NCBI RefSeq assembly: GCF_964204645.1
Contig: NC_134033.1
Location: 14,640,655 to 14,704,654 of the forward strand
Source: Tubulanus polymorphus
Taxonomy: Eukaryota > Animalia > Nemertea
Direction: 5' to 3'
DNA: 64,000 nucleotides
The notes beneath the pieces were generated by a model that had not been told where the DNA came from, searched no databases, and saw nothing but the letters and a program-made list of their open reading frames with translations. Position numbers and translations under genes: made by a program. Below, one piece after another: positions 49,401 through 63,158 of the stretch (position 1 is its first letter; every line of letters starts with the position of its first letter).

Positions 49401-52400
49401 GTGGTCTCTGGAAAGATCCGTTCAATGGAAAAACTTATATTCAAAGCATCTCTATATTCTGAATAATAAGAATTTGATTATTGAATTTGCAGCGACTATT
49501 TGTATTGGCTTATATCGATCCAAGTCGCCATGGGTTTTTTAAAAGGTTAAAACAATAACGTAGTTAAGATTAAAAGATTAAAGTCCAGTTTCACGAAAAA
49601 AATTTTCTTTAAACGCCAAGACGTAGAAATAAAGGAACCTATTTCATTTAATCCCCTACTATCAATAAATTGGGCACCCTTTTTCTAATAGAAAGATCCT
49701 AATAAATCTGGTTTACTTTATAAAAAAGGCAAGCTGATTTTTGTCTTAAGTTTATTGTGTAATTCATAGCCATGTCTATATACGAATGTTCGGGTAATTT
49801 TTCCATCTATATATGTAATTTATTCTAAGAGAATGTCTTTTCACTGAGCAAAATAGATAAACTAAACTAAACTCAACTGCGCAACCATTCACCACAACAC
49901 TCAATCTTGAACAAGCAGACGATTAGGGTACACACACACACACGCGTACAATACGCGGAAATCATGAGATCAGGGCAGTGCAAAAGTGACGCAATAAATT
50001 CAAATCGACATACCATAAACATATTATATGAGTATTAAACATTGATCCGTTAACGGATAATATTTGAAATTCTTTTTGAAAGCATGAATAAATGAAATTC
50101 TTTTCCACTCTCGCAGACGACGGAGGTATACACGAGCGCAGCGTCGATTCGGACGACGACGACCAACCGAAACTGAAGCAACGACGAAGCCGAACGAATT
50201 TCACCCTGGAACAGTTGAACGAACTGGAGCGACTGTTCGACGAGACCCACTATCCCGACGCGTTCATGCGAGAAGAACTCAGTCAGAGATTGGGCCTGTC
50301 GGAAGCACGGGTTCAGGTAATATTACAGGCATCTCACGAATGGTTGAGAATCGAATCTTTTGTAAATAATTACGCGAAATGGTTTGAAGTAATTTGCGAA
50401 TTAGAATCAGTAGCAGGGATAGACTCGGGAGCACGTGATCCAGCCGTAATTTCATGATGCCCTTTTGAAAAAAAATTGGCAATTTTTTTCGGGGCATTTC
50501 ATTTTTTTACCGCAACTGAAAGGGACCCTGTCAACCACCCAAGAGTTGGGACTATATGCTTGTTTTCTCTCTCAAGCGTCAGGAAAATTGCATGAAAAAG
50601 CTCTGAAATGTCTAATTTTTCCAGACCCCCGTTTTGCCTGCGTGGATTGTATACTGCCCGTTTTAACGGTAAAAGCCTTTTTTAATTGTTTGTGCTCTGA
50701 CGATGGTCTCAAGAGAGAGAGTCCGAAACGCCGTGTCTTTTAATTTCTGAATCAAATTCTTGATATTTGTTTTTTTTAATTCCAAGATTGAAAATCTAGC
50801 TAGTGGATCCTAATCTTACAATCGCTGCTCCCCTAGAATTGAATATTTTGCTATACGTACGGAAGATGTTTTATTGTGCCTTTTCAAGGAAGAACTGAAT
50901 GGACCTTTCTTGATACCCCCTTACTGTGGACTGAAGACAATTGGATTAAAATACGCGTTTATGTTATTGTTAATCCTGTTATCGCGGTGCGACCTAAGCT
51001 TAGCACAAAAATAAGTCAACAATATTCACTCACGTTGCCGATATCGTTCACTCGCATGTGAGTAGCGCAGGCGGACACATTCTCGACACGAAAGTTTCTT
51101 TTTGCGTCGTCGCGCCGAAATTGCTGAGAAAAATTACCGAAGAGAGTATTTTGGAAACAGCCGGAGGCGAATAGCGCGGTATTTGCTCGAAACAATGTAC
51201 TGACAGACGGGCTACCGATGCTATGCACGTGTTCTACCGACCTTACATTTCACGCCATCATGAATCAATCCTAATTCTATCTGCGCTGACAAGCCCTTAA
51301 TGTTTTTGGCAAACATTTTCACAATATTAGCTGCAAATTTCATTTTCTTGCCATTTATTGCTTTATTGCTCTCGTATCGCCTACATTAGGAAAATTGCTT
51401 AATTCGTTCTAGTCGGCCGCCGTTCCCCCCGAATACCGCGTCTTCTCGCGAGAGGTCGCGGGATTTCAGCGAACGTTGTTCAACGCACTCGAGGGACCGG
51501 TTTTTAGAAAAGGTTTCAATTTAAACGATGAATTCGATTCAATATTACGAGTCGACTGAGTTAACCCCAAATGGCTTTAGATAAAAACTACTGTCTTTTC
51601 AGAGCGGCCATCTGTAAAAAACCTTGGTTTTGAAGTTAAGCGATCAGGACCCAGTTCCACGGTTCTAAGTTGAATTTGACTCTGCAAAAACATTGAAAAC
51701 ATTGAAAATGAACTAACTTTAACTCAGAGTTAACTCAAACTCACAACTGTGGAACCGGGCCCCAGATTGGGCCTAGAGACCCGGTTAGAATCCGACGTTT
51801 TGATAACTGATACAGCGATAACTAAAACTGAATTATGCTACAGGGTTAGCAGTTGCTGAAAGGTTGGTTTAAGTAAACCAGTGGATAGTTTGACAGTGAC
51901 ATTTGAAAGTCTAATTGTTACTGTGGTATATATTCGCCAGTTCCAACAACTTTTGAGCAACTGACTCTTGGATAGTTTCCGGGTAATGTGGCAACTCGAT
52001 GATAGACCTCCCATCGAGGCTGTTATTCTTCAGCGAAATTAATTAACACACCATTCCGGTGGGCCGGTTGTTTTGTCAAAGAAATGCATACATTTTTAAG
52101 AATCCTTGTTCTGAATATGAGCCAAATGTTGACCAAGTGAACTAACTTAATTAGAATTATATTATTGAGTAACTTAATTAGAATTATACTACCCCACAGC
52201 GTTCGAACAAAACAAGGCAACTCGATAATGAAAATCCGTTGTTTTCCACGACTAATTTCCACGTAACATTCGTTGGGACCGCATGTTTAGTCAATGTACA
52301 CTCTATAGGTTTGACAGTTTTACCGGCTTTCGCGCTCGTTAGACCAAGAACCAAATCGAGCGATTCTTTAATAACTGAAATTAGATTAGGCGGCTAATCA

Positions 52401-55400
52401 AATAAGTTTAGTCGAATTTCATTATCCGATTTTGTCGATTCCACTTTACTGCAGCGAGCGCGCGTACACAAAAAAGACTCTCGACGAAAATTTAGAATGG
52501 CCCTCAATTTATCCATAAAACGATGCGATACGAATACATGCGATGATAAACATTACGACTAGAAAACCAGCAGTAACTAGATAACTATAGATTATGTTTT
52601 CCTGAGCCTGGTTTTAAAGACTGGTATTAACTTTAATAACCCAGGGGCTAACTCGATTGAAAATTAATTAGGTTAAACCCCGGTTTTCAGTAAATACCAG
52701 TCTATCAAACTGGCCCGTGGCGTTCTGAGAAGATTTACATTCCCCATTTTCAGAGATATTCGAAATAACTTGTATCTAAGTATTAACAACTGTTTTTGTT
52801 GATTTGGGAACAAACTCTGAAAATGGGGAGAAGAACTCTTCCCAGACCTTTGGCAGACTTTTGTTGTTTCATCGTTATTTTAGGTTTTTTGAATATGCCT
52901 CTATAGACTGCGACTATTCCTAAACTAATTTCGATAAGGACTACGCACTAGCCTTTGTCAGTACGTACCCAATCTTCGAATCAACCACTGACTGGAATTC
53001 ATTCCAACCACGGACGTGTTATCTAAGTCTATACGTCCATGTTCTAAAACCTTGGAGTAATCACTGGATCACTCCAAGATTCAATGTTTACTCCAAGTTT
53101 CAACCAAGCCTATATCCCATGCCATAATGATAGATTGCGGAAACATTTCTAAAAGTTCGAACATGTAAAAACGCTTTAGATCAATGAAGATCTTTGACTT
53201 GTGTAAACTTTTTGTATGTTTTCGGGATAATTGCTCTTTATAGCTTTCGAAAAAAAAACAGTTTATAACTTGAACAAACAGCCATAAAACAATTGGTTGT
53301 TATATGGCTTAATATGGAATAATTGAAACAAATACTTCTGGGATTCAGACGTTTTAATTCGATTTGAAGCGAACGTGTTTGTCTGTGAACTGAAACGACA
53401 AAAACTCGCATTAATAATCGAATTTGATTAATCCTTTAATGGGAGAATCGGGATGTATTTTCATGCATTTGAAATTAATCCCGAAATTCCATTAGAACCA
53501 GTATCTCGACTGTTGACATTTCCCGACCGGGGAAATAAATCATTTTCGGACGATATATGTTTTAATTCGTCAAATCGAATTCGGCGATGTTTCTAAGACC
53601 GGGCAATTTCATTTATTACTTTCCACTTGTCCGTCTTACACAAGCGGAGTGAACAAATAATGGCGCTCATCAGAGCCATGGCATCTAAGAACATATGTGT
53701 CGGCTGGCGACGCCGCATCTGGCGCCGGATTCATCGAGCAAGATGGGGTTAAACTTAACCTTATAGGGTTGAATAGAATGGATAGGGTTAAATCAAGTTT
53801 TTTCCGAATGTCACGCATCAACTTGGCTCCCAATTGAAGATAGCTAGCTAAATATAGGGCTAGACAATGTAACGATTGAAAAGCGACAGTGAAAGGGATC
53901 AAACCCGATGAAAACCAGTGATCCACTAGGTCAGTGGTTATACAGATGGTAGTATTTTGCGTAACGCTTTAACCCATCGTCCAATCCGATATTATCGAAA
54001 TGTTTAGAATTTGATTGCATGTATTTATACATATGCCTAAACCTATATGTTTAAAGCCACGCGAGAGTATGGGTATGACAGCTACAAGGTATACGGTAGA
54101 CTTGGGAGATAAATGGTCAACGTAGATTGAGGTGAAGGGATGTAGGTTAGTACGATGATACGTTACAGAAAATTAGCGAATTGTTAAAGGCAGGAGGAAC
54201 CTCGGTGGCGAGGATGGAGGGTAATATTAAGGAACTAGCCGGTTGGATAAGGATACGATATCGAGCGAGAAGGATGAGACCGAGAGGAGAATGCGAGAGA
54301 GGAGGAAGAAGAAGGCGAGATGGGCGTTGAATGTTAGTGATGGGTGTTTAATTATGAAGGCATCAGTACTCGACACATAAACCATCAATCATTGATAATA
54401 TCCTACGGGACGAATCTACGATATGTGTTCTAAACTAACAATAATCTTATTATCTTGATATACGACAATTATTCCGCTATTAACTCAACATTACCCATTT
54501 TACACTGGAGATAGAATCTATCTATTTGCTTTGCTCAGTGTTCGGAGGTTGATAATGGCACCCGACGGGCTGATACCGAGAGGGAGTATGCGACGTCACC
54601 GGTAGAAAGGCTTCCCGATTCCTCGCATTTACCGACTAAAGACGACCAAAATGAGCGACCCACAATTACCTGTAACTAGTTAATGGTTACTTAGACCAGG
54701 GAAGTCTCATCACACTTCCCTGCTTAGACAATGACTCGACTAACGCCAGCTATATTTGTACTTCGATTTTCGAATCAAACTACCCGCTCCGTTCCCGGCC
54801 GCAGAAATGGTTGGTTTGTAAGCGACACTAAATAAAACAAAATCATAACCAGTCAATGAAATAACTGTAATAGATTTGGCGGACAAATCCCTGATTCAAG
54901 AGTAAAAAAGAAGAAAAAAGACTAATTAGAACATATAAAAATATTGGAATTTAGAAAAAAGAGGCAGCTTTGGAAAAAAATACCGTGTTAGGCGTAGGGG
55001 AAGCTGTAACCACGGGTCAAGTGGACTTTCAAGTTCTGTTGGTCTACCGGTTAGCTCGCTGGATTTCTCATACGAGACCCGCGTTAGTTGTCACCCCTCT
55101 CAATAGCTAAAACCATGTATGGATATTACCAACTTTAAATCCTCGTTGTCCATATTTCTTTCCCTATTCTGAATTTCCTTTCGCGGCCGCTCGTCGAGCG
55201 ATAATTACGATCTCGACGCCGCACAAAAATATCGCTGATTACCCGCGACGAGAGAGTAAATTTCTAAGTAACCATTAAAACGATTTGTTTATACATGATT
55301 ATCAGACGACGTCGTTTCGACCAATCAAATTAGTCGAATTAACTTATGATCGATCATGAAAAATTCACGACAACTGCGCACGCGCGCGTCGCGAGAGGTC

Positions 55401-58400
55401 ACGTGACCGTGCCGATGTATCATCAATTATTAAACGGCGCAAAATTGAATTGGACCCGTCTCTGGGTGACAGCGAAACAAACATATTTCTCGCGATATCC
55501 GATTAACCGAAGTCAGGGTCGCGTGGGGCTTCGCCGTGCAAATTAGATGTTGTTTTTGCTTGCCTAATTGATACAATCGTTTGATGCTATTATCATAACG
55601 TCTATTTGCCATATTATTCACTTTTTTCCCTATCTATAAATACAAGCGATTTTATCCCGTTCTTATTGACAACGCTTTTAAAAGCCTTTGGAAAAAGTAC
55701 AGCGTTGAACTATTATTCTACTACAGGCGTTAGAGTGGTTGAAGTTTAAGCCATCGGTCGCATCAATCCAGGGTTCGTTTTGGTTTCGAATCCCGGTGGT
55801 GGCAGAGTTTTCAAACGAGACGGCCTTGCGCTGCTTAACACCCGAAAAAGAAACCCCGAATATGCGAGCAAAATCCCGTATTCAGCCATAGATGTAAAGT
55901 TCCTGAATAAAAGTGTATAATATTTGAGTAACATTTCGGCTAAAGACTATAACACGGATATTCCACGCTCTTACGCGGACTCTTGCATGGATATCGTCGG
56001 ATATCATCTTGAAACCCGAAACTGACCTCAAGAATGCTAATGTCGGCCTAAAAGGGGGTCAAGGGCCAGGATGATAAATGAGTCTCTTAGATATCATAAC
56101 ACTCTCAGAATTGAATTGAAATCTAGAAGATAACGCCCATAACATTGATTTACGAATTCATTTGTCTGTGATTCATCTCAAAATTGTTACTCGTTTTTTT
56201 TCTATTTCCGGCAGGTCTGGTTTCAAAATCGAAGAGCTAAATGTAGGAAACAAGAAAGCCAAATGCAAAAAGGTTTGTACAGCATATCACTCCAAACCTG
56301 AAAGAAAGAATGATTTCTTTTCCATTTGAAAATATCATTGCATGATAAACCAAAATACAAGAGGCCTTTTTATGAACCAGCAAAATCGAAATAGATTAGC
56401 TATTTAGATTATATAGCCGATTAGTGTCAATTAGCATAACCGGGTATGTTGGTTGATAAAAACGCCAGGTAGAAATTATTCAATTATGGCCTACTCAGCA
56501 GCGACTTCTACCGAGAACACCATATCGGTTGGATTAGATAATCGGCATACTTGCTCGCCGAGCGAGCATGCTGAGTATGCTAATCGATTATGATAACCAA
56601 TGTTCATAAAAATGACGGATTATGACATAATCCATGCTCATAAAAACGTTTTGCATACTCGAATATACTAATCGAGTGTTCATAAAAAGGCCTAAGGTTT
56701 CCGATATAGATGTTTTTACAATATAGTGTGATACTGACGCACACGACGCCTAGAGAAACTTTGAATCAAACATGTTGTTTCCCGAAATCGCGTTTCTCGT
56801 TCATCGTTCACGATACAAGGAAACCCTCGGAATCATGTATCGTGTTCCCGTCGGTTGCCGCGCGTTTGGCTGAAGTTTTACGACGCTTTCTCAAATTAAA
56901 GACATCATCGCTTTACCATCCATCCGTTCCGTTCCACGCGCGCGACGATAAGTCGATATATCGACTCGCAAATAAAGCAAAGCATAATTAATTAGCGCCC
57001 AGTAGGATCCGGGTTAATTGGGAGGCACGATCTTACATAGTTTAATCGGTTCTTTGAAAAAGTGAACGCGTCTTCGATTAACGAGATCAGTTCGACTGCA
57101 GCCATTAATCACTATACTCCATTCTACTGTCGATTCTATGTGTATGTAAAACTCATCGGGCTCCGGCGCTGTCCCCCGGGGACCGGCTGGCTAATTACAG
57201 CGATCAAAAACTTGATTAGCAGCAAATTGTCTCATTCTTCAGTTCTTTACTCCGGGAATGAGCTGTCGTATCGTTGTTGCAATCTACAACACTCCCCCAG
57301 TTCAGGTTTTAATTCGATTTTTGCCCGGTTCTGATCGGTGCTAATTGCGCGGCGAATTCGTCTGCTTAGGAACCGACCGCACGGAGATGATTTACCAGGC
57401 CAGGCAAATTTGATCGACGATTCTTAATTGAAGTAGAATAAGAAGTCGGTGGCGTTAAGTGTTTATATCAATAACCTAAGGCTAGTTTTCCACTGCACGT
57501 TTGCGGCTGTAGACGCTTGCCTCGAATCGGTCATTTTTAGCGATTTCGTCCCGCTCTTTTACTGCAATCATCCTGTAATGTAAGCTCACGAGAGGCGCAG
57601 TGGCCGAGTGTCTTAAGGCGCCGGTCACCGGTCTCGTCAATACGGGGTTCGAACCCTGGTTACGGGGTTTCATGGTCGAAGGTTCAGCTCTGGTCTTTCC
57701 TCATTTGGACGAAGGAAACATCGAAACCGCTCATAATGCCCTGCGTTGCGCTCAGATGGTTGAGAGAATTTCAGAAAATAAAAATGAAAAGCCCACGAAG
57801 TGCAATTTGGAATAGATTAATTCATTTCCGTAATTAATTCATTGCGTACACGAACACAGGGAAACCGTATTTACATTGTGCGAGTCTAGGCAACTGGGGG
57901 AAACGGTTTATTACGATGGCTTTGCCTAACGACAGCACATCGGGAAATACGCATTCTCAAATAGAACTGATCGACTGACAAAAGACACGATCAGACTATC
58001 CGTGCAACTTCGCTAACTTCCGTACGTGATCGGAATTATCTCAGAGAATAGATCAGCTTGTTCACCGCTGTGGTAGTGAGGATTGGAAATACTTCTCGGA
58101 AACCCGCGTTATTATCGCCTTATTCCACCTTTCTTAATTCAACTTCCCATATATCGACACAAACATTTCAGCGCGGTTTACAAACATACAAGGCTATAGC
58201 CTTGTATGTTTGTAAACCGCGTTTGTAAATTTGAAAATTGAAATGTTTTTAGCTAAGTTTTTAGAGTGATCAAATCAATACAGGATCTATTTCTAAAAGT
58301 TAAAGCCTTCCAGGGGCGGTTCTAGGACTTTCGTAGGGGGTAGGGTCCGGGGAAGTAAATAGGGACCATATGAAATGTTACTGTAAGGACGATGCAAGAT

Positions 58401-60435
58401 GCATAACGACGTAGCCTCCATCGACCGTGAGGGGGTACTCGACTATAGAAATGTTTTAAAAATTTGAAAAGAATTTGGTGAGATTTCCATGAAGTTGAAT
58501 TGATGAAATCCATGAAATTAATCATAAAATACACAATACCACAACCAAAATCACAATACCACAACCAAAATCACAATACCACAACCAAAATCACAATACC
58601 ACAACCAAAATCACAATACCACAACCAAAATCACAATACCACAACCAAAATCATAATACCATTGTGTATTCATCATTCTGCATGAGAAAATACCACTTCT
58701 GTTTGTTTTATGATCACCTTAATTGAAGAAATGTCACCTCGGATGTCTTTGGTAGACAGTAGGGACCTTCAAATTTAGGGGGTGGGGGATACGGACCCCT
58801 TGGACACCTTTAAATCCGGCCCTGCGTTCTTTAAGATAGGATACACACCCGTCCCGAAGCTCTATCAATTTTCTTTAGCGGAGATGAGCTTTTTTATATC
58901 TAGGTTATGATACCGAAGCTGGAACGGACTCCCCTAGCGCGACGGTCCATTGTTCCAGTCGGCAGTGGCTACCATTCTCATGGCTTTCATCCACTCAATA
59001 ATGATCCTACCACTTGAACAATCACATCTTAACCAAAGAGTGTTTGCTCACCGTTAGAACGGCCGTCTTTAATTAATTTAATTACCAACATCAATTAATC
59101 TAATACATCGACGTGCCGAACACTCTGGGGTGTTTGCTTCGTGAATTGGACCAATCAGGCTAATGAACGATGGGCTTAGACGAGGTCTGCAGCCGTGTGA
59201 CGGGATGAGCTTCAATGACGTATTTAACGATTGAATGAGTGTAACTGCGCTGCCGCTGAACGGCGTACTACACCGCGGTATATGAGCCAATGAACGGAAA
59301 CCGCGAACTAAGATTTCCACACGTCTCTGATCGGGCCAAGTGTGGCCCGTGTCAAACAGGCATGGGCCTATTTGGCACCGGTGTGAACGGTTGACCCGGT
59401 GGAAAACGTTTCTATGTTCGCGGCTGTAGTTGTTTTTGAACTAAGGGATTTGTAGGTGATACTTCGAATTTGGCTTTATCGTATGACATCGATGTTTTGG
59501 GGATATTTTTCTTAAAACTTTTGAACGCATACCTCAAATTAATCTTAATAGGATCAGAGTGAAACAATGCAGTCTGAATAAGACATCGTTTTTATATCCA
59601 TTTTACACAGTTTTGAAGCATTGCAAAAGTATTAAGTATTCTTTAACTCATTTGAATAGGAGAAAAGAGACTCCATTTTATAATTTAACTTATTTCTAAC
59701 GATATGCCTAACATTTGAAATCATATTTTCAATCCGGAAATTACTTGTCTCGATTGTCCATTCCATTTTTGATCCAGCCGTTGAGAATAAAACGGGCGTT
59801 ATCTAAAGGCTTGGTAAAACGGCGCCATTATCTTCGCGGGTTATCGAAAACTTAAACGCTTTATCTTTCACCTTAACTTTCAATAAATATTTCTTGAAAA
59901 ATGCTAACCACCACCTGAGGTAAATCACCCTCGTGTTCGGTTTAAGCGTCACCAAGCTATCCGAAACGATGCAACAGGCTTTACCTAACGCGCATCCGCA
60001 TTGTGATTGTTTATTCAACTATCATTATCAGAATTCAGCAGAGTTTATTCAATGCTAAAGATGATTTGTTTTCGTGTATTTTCAGGAATGATATTGGGAC
60101 CAACTTCCGGCGCACTCGAGTCGTGTAGAGTGGCGCCGTACGTCAATGTGAATGTACCGGCGATGCGCATGGCGTTCGACAGACTTCAAGCCGTGCACGC
60201 GCCTCATCTGAGCGCATGGGATCCCGCGCATCTACCACTCGTCCATCCGGCACCGTTTCTATTCTATCCACCACCCCACTACGCCATGCACCTGACGGCA
60301 GCGTTTACGGCAGCTGCAGCAGAGAACGCAGCTGCCGGTCTGACGGCGGGTATTACGTCGGTTACCAAAAATTCGAGCATCGCTGATCTGAGACTGAAAG
60401 CTAAAAAGCACGCGGCTACGATCAGATTCCCTTGA
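46411..60435 (+). CDS. SHOX: Short stature homeobox (SHOX/SHOX2 orthologue), ~338 aa, four exons
   Basis: Exons 46411-46819, 50117-50316, 56215-56272 and 60086-60435, phase-consistent (1017 nt). N-terminus [13 protein letters not shown] (human MEELTAFVSKSFD); homeodomain [47 protein letters not shown]|[14 protein letters not shown]; CRVAPYVN motif; C-terminal OAR domain [15 protein letters not shown]. Confidence 0.97.
47039..47175. mobile_element. PIF/Harbinger-like MITE with 3-bp CTG TSD
   Basis: CTG|gggccggttccatagtc ... gactatgaaaccggccc|CTG (16/17 TIR). The internal agtctaagactatcttagttctata also occurs at about 45408-45432. Confidence 0.8.
51647..51762. mobile_element. PIF/Harbinger-like MITE (ggacccagttccac...gtggaaccgggccc)
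   Basis: TIR pair; homologous copy at about 63047-63158 and a shorter one at about 29930-29985. Confidence 0.7.
52603..52717. mobile_element. PIF/Harbinger-like MITE
   Basis: gcctggttttaaagactggtatt ... aataccagtctatcaaactggc, with internal ggggctaactc; homologous copy at about 62801-62912. Confidence 0.6.
56362..56693. mobile_element. PIF/Harbinger-like MITE with perfect 16-bp TIR and AAG TSD, SHOX intron 3
   Basis: AAG|aggcctttttatgaac ... gttcataaaaaggcct|AAG. Confidence 0.8.
57592..57670 (+). pseudogene. tRNA-like SINE head / tRNA pseudogene
   Basis: A-box TGGCCGAGTG and B-box GGTTCGAACCC at tRNA-like spacing, but no closing acceptor stem. Confidence 0.55.
58172..58221. repeat. Perfect 50-bp palindrome (no spacer)
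   Basis: cgcggtttacaaacatacaaggcta|tagccttgtatgtttgtaaaccgcg. Confidence 0.97.
58532..58661. repeat. 20-bp tandem repeat (cacaataccacaaccaaaat) x ~6.5 inside a caggggcgg...ccggccctg element (58311-58824)
   Basis: Perfect period-20 array. Confidence 0.95.
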
Positions 60436-61211
60436 CTCGTGTTATTTACGTTTCGTATTGCGAAAACTAACCCGCTTTTTGTCGGTGTCAAAACGACCAG
60501 TTCAAAGGATCGATGAACTTTAGTCTCAGACTCGTTCCGTTATCACCGGGATAACTTCAGATGTTCTTTTCACTATTCCTGCATTATCACAGGGACACGT
60601 ACGATCCTCTCCTGAAGGTGAGCTCGAATTGTAGAGGTTTCGGAAATCGTGTGAGATTCGGGTTCCCTCCCTCCTGTTTGGCTCGGCGGGGGTATAGTTA
60701 AGTCAATCTAGGTGCTGCGCGTGGAGTCGTAGTCAGTGCGGGAGACTCGCCAAATAATATCGTCATTTATAAATTTCGGGTATCCTGTTATTGTATTTGA
60801 CGGCAATATGGCGTCGTTTTCAACGTGATAAAAAGTTCATGGCTGCAACTTGTCGATAGCCGAAGTCTTAATATAATTATCGAGACCATTCCCCGGCCGA
60901 CCGACGAGCACGAAGAGATATGGCGCAATTCGGTTTCGAACGTAAAAGTTAAAAAAAGTTTCCGTGACCATGAATGCAAAAATGTGGCTCTGGACAACGG
61001 CAGCACCGACAGTCAAAATCCCGAGGAGGTCGAACCATGGACTATTTTAAAGGAAAGATTCGCCTATGTGATGGAAATTTAACGGTTGAAGGTTTAAAGT
61101 GACACGCATTATCTTTAACCCGTTAAAATCTGAGCACCGTATGGATCAGTATTCGTATTGTATCTTATTCGAATTCTTGTAAATAATGGAGTAAATAAGT
61201 CTTAAAAATGA

Positions 61212-61217
61212 AATAAA
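61212..61217 (+). terminator. Probable SHOX polyadenylation signal
   Basis: First AATAAA noticed after the stop codon, about 780 nt downstream. Confidence 0.45.
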
Positions 61218-62800
61218 GTATTGATATTATAACAAGCTGCGTGTCTGTAAGATTCTTAGTATTTATTACACATTACGATTCTCCAAATGACGGTTAGATA
61301 TTAACACATTATAGAAGGCGTGCTGTTATTGATAATTGTTGCTAGACATTATAAAATTTACTAGACATTAGGTGCCCTATGTACGACCACGCGAAGTTTG
61401 TCTCGGAACAACTGTTCACAAATGAGCCCGTGCCTTTTTGGGCCGACCAAATAGGTCGGACTAGGCCGGAACCAAATTTTTTGCACGGGTCAAGTCGTTG
61501 CATGTGAATGGGTTCCGGAACTGTGGCTTCGGAAGTGACTTATTTCGCTTTGTTTAAGCATCGTTTAGTACCGAGTGAGTGGATTACGTGTGAACGCGCT
61601 CTCTGATTAGGCACCGGCCAAATTTGACTCGGCCCTGATCCGTGCCAAATCGTCTCCGTGTGATCGTATTGGGTATTAATTAGGCATTGTGAAAGATGAA
61701 TCCGTTCCGCTCGGGCCTAACAGGTCTTCTCTAGCCTTCGAAAATTATTCCATAGCAAAATGGATGAACTTAACACAGCCATCACCGAGAGCCAAATTGA
61801 TTCCCGTTGCGGGTCGATTACACCAGATGGCGACTACGATCTATACGTCAAATCCATTCACCGCCCCATTAAAAGAGAACATTGAACATTGTTTGCGATG
61901 TCGTTTCCAACATCAGAACGAACATAAAGCTTAACAACGTTTTAGGCAGGAATAAACAAGGAAACAAAACAACAAAAAGTAAAATACGCAAGCGATCGCA
62001 AACATGAAGTAAAAACTCCTCAATCCTGAAATACGAAATCATGATTTAAACTTAGGAATTCGAAATGATTTAGCAACATTTCAAGTATGAATCTAAGGTA
62101 TTGGAAAATGATAGATCATAGCAGAAATAAGAGTATAGAAAATACGTGTTTAATCTGTAATTCCCTACATCTAAACTCCATATCTGTGCATCCCGTATCT
62201 AACTTCGTTTTCTTATTTCGAAAGCGAAAATATTTCAAAACAGATCATTTTCATCCCACCACATCACACATAAGCATTGCACTTGCGTGGGTTACAATGG
62301 GTTGGTCATCAACATCCTGTTATGTACACCTCAACGCCGTCCATTCGAAATTACGAATGATTCTAATTTTCATGAAGCCATGGCAAATTGACAACAAAAC
62401 ACAATTTATTTTGAGACGAATATATTCAAACAACACGATCGATTTCACTGATTCATTCAGCCTCATCAATTCTAATTCTGGGGTGCTGCTAACGCGAAAA
62501 GAAGCTGTCTGTGCGGCCCAAGCAAAGCCTTAAGGCCGCTGTCGCAAGCACCCAGTAAGACACTCTCATATCTAGATAATTTGCGGTTCTTTCTACAGGA
62601 TTCAATCAATCTATTAGTCAACACACGGGACAAACAACGCAGAGGACTTGTATACATCATTATCATCTAAACTGAAAGAATAGACTAATTTAAAATCACA
62701 AATTTCGGACTATTTACACGAAGGAAGTCAGTGACCAAAAGTGGACAATATATGATCTTAAGGGTTACTTCGAAATCTCCGCCATTTTACTTATACACAT

Positions 62801-63158
62801 CAGGCCCGGTTTTATATACTGGTTTTATCTATAACCCCGGGGCTAACTCAATTCATTATCAATTGCGTCAGCCCCCGGGTTAAAGGTAATACCGGTCTAT
62901 TAAACCGCGCTGAGAAAATTAACCCCAATCAGTCGAAATTTTCAATCATGTACTTCGATTAGAAAATAAATCATGTAAATCGTACAAACGACCATCTTAC
63001 TATTATATCTGTACTAATCGAGTTCCGATTTCAAAATCTAACCCTCTGCACCCGGTTCCACAGTGTGGGTTAAACTTAACTATGAGTTGAAATCAGTTCA
63101 TTTTCAATGAGTTAACCCAGAGTCAAAACGTAACTCACAACTGCGGAACTGGGACCTG
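62801..63158. mobile_element. Two adjacent Harbinger-like MITEs (62801-62912, 63047-63158)
   Basis: Homologous to 52603-52717 and 51647-51762 respectively. Confidence 0.6.

Noticed and set aside
55725-55810. tRNA-like sequence in SHOX intron 2
   Set aside because: Only a degenerate B-box (gtttcgaatccc); at most a SINE remnant.
58532-58661. Regular 20-bp array (and the arrays at 22588 and 35281) as CRISPR
   Set aside because: Head-to-tail repeats without unique spacers, no cas genes, and a eukaryotic context.
62087-62533. 148-aa ORF downstream of SHOX
   Set aside because: AT-rich composition, no domain, no splice support.
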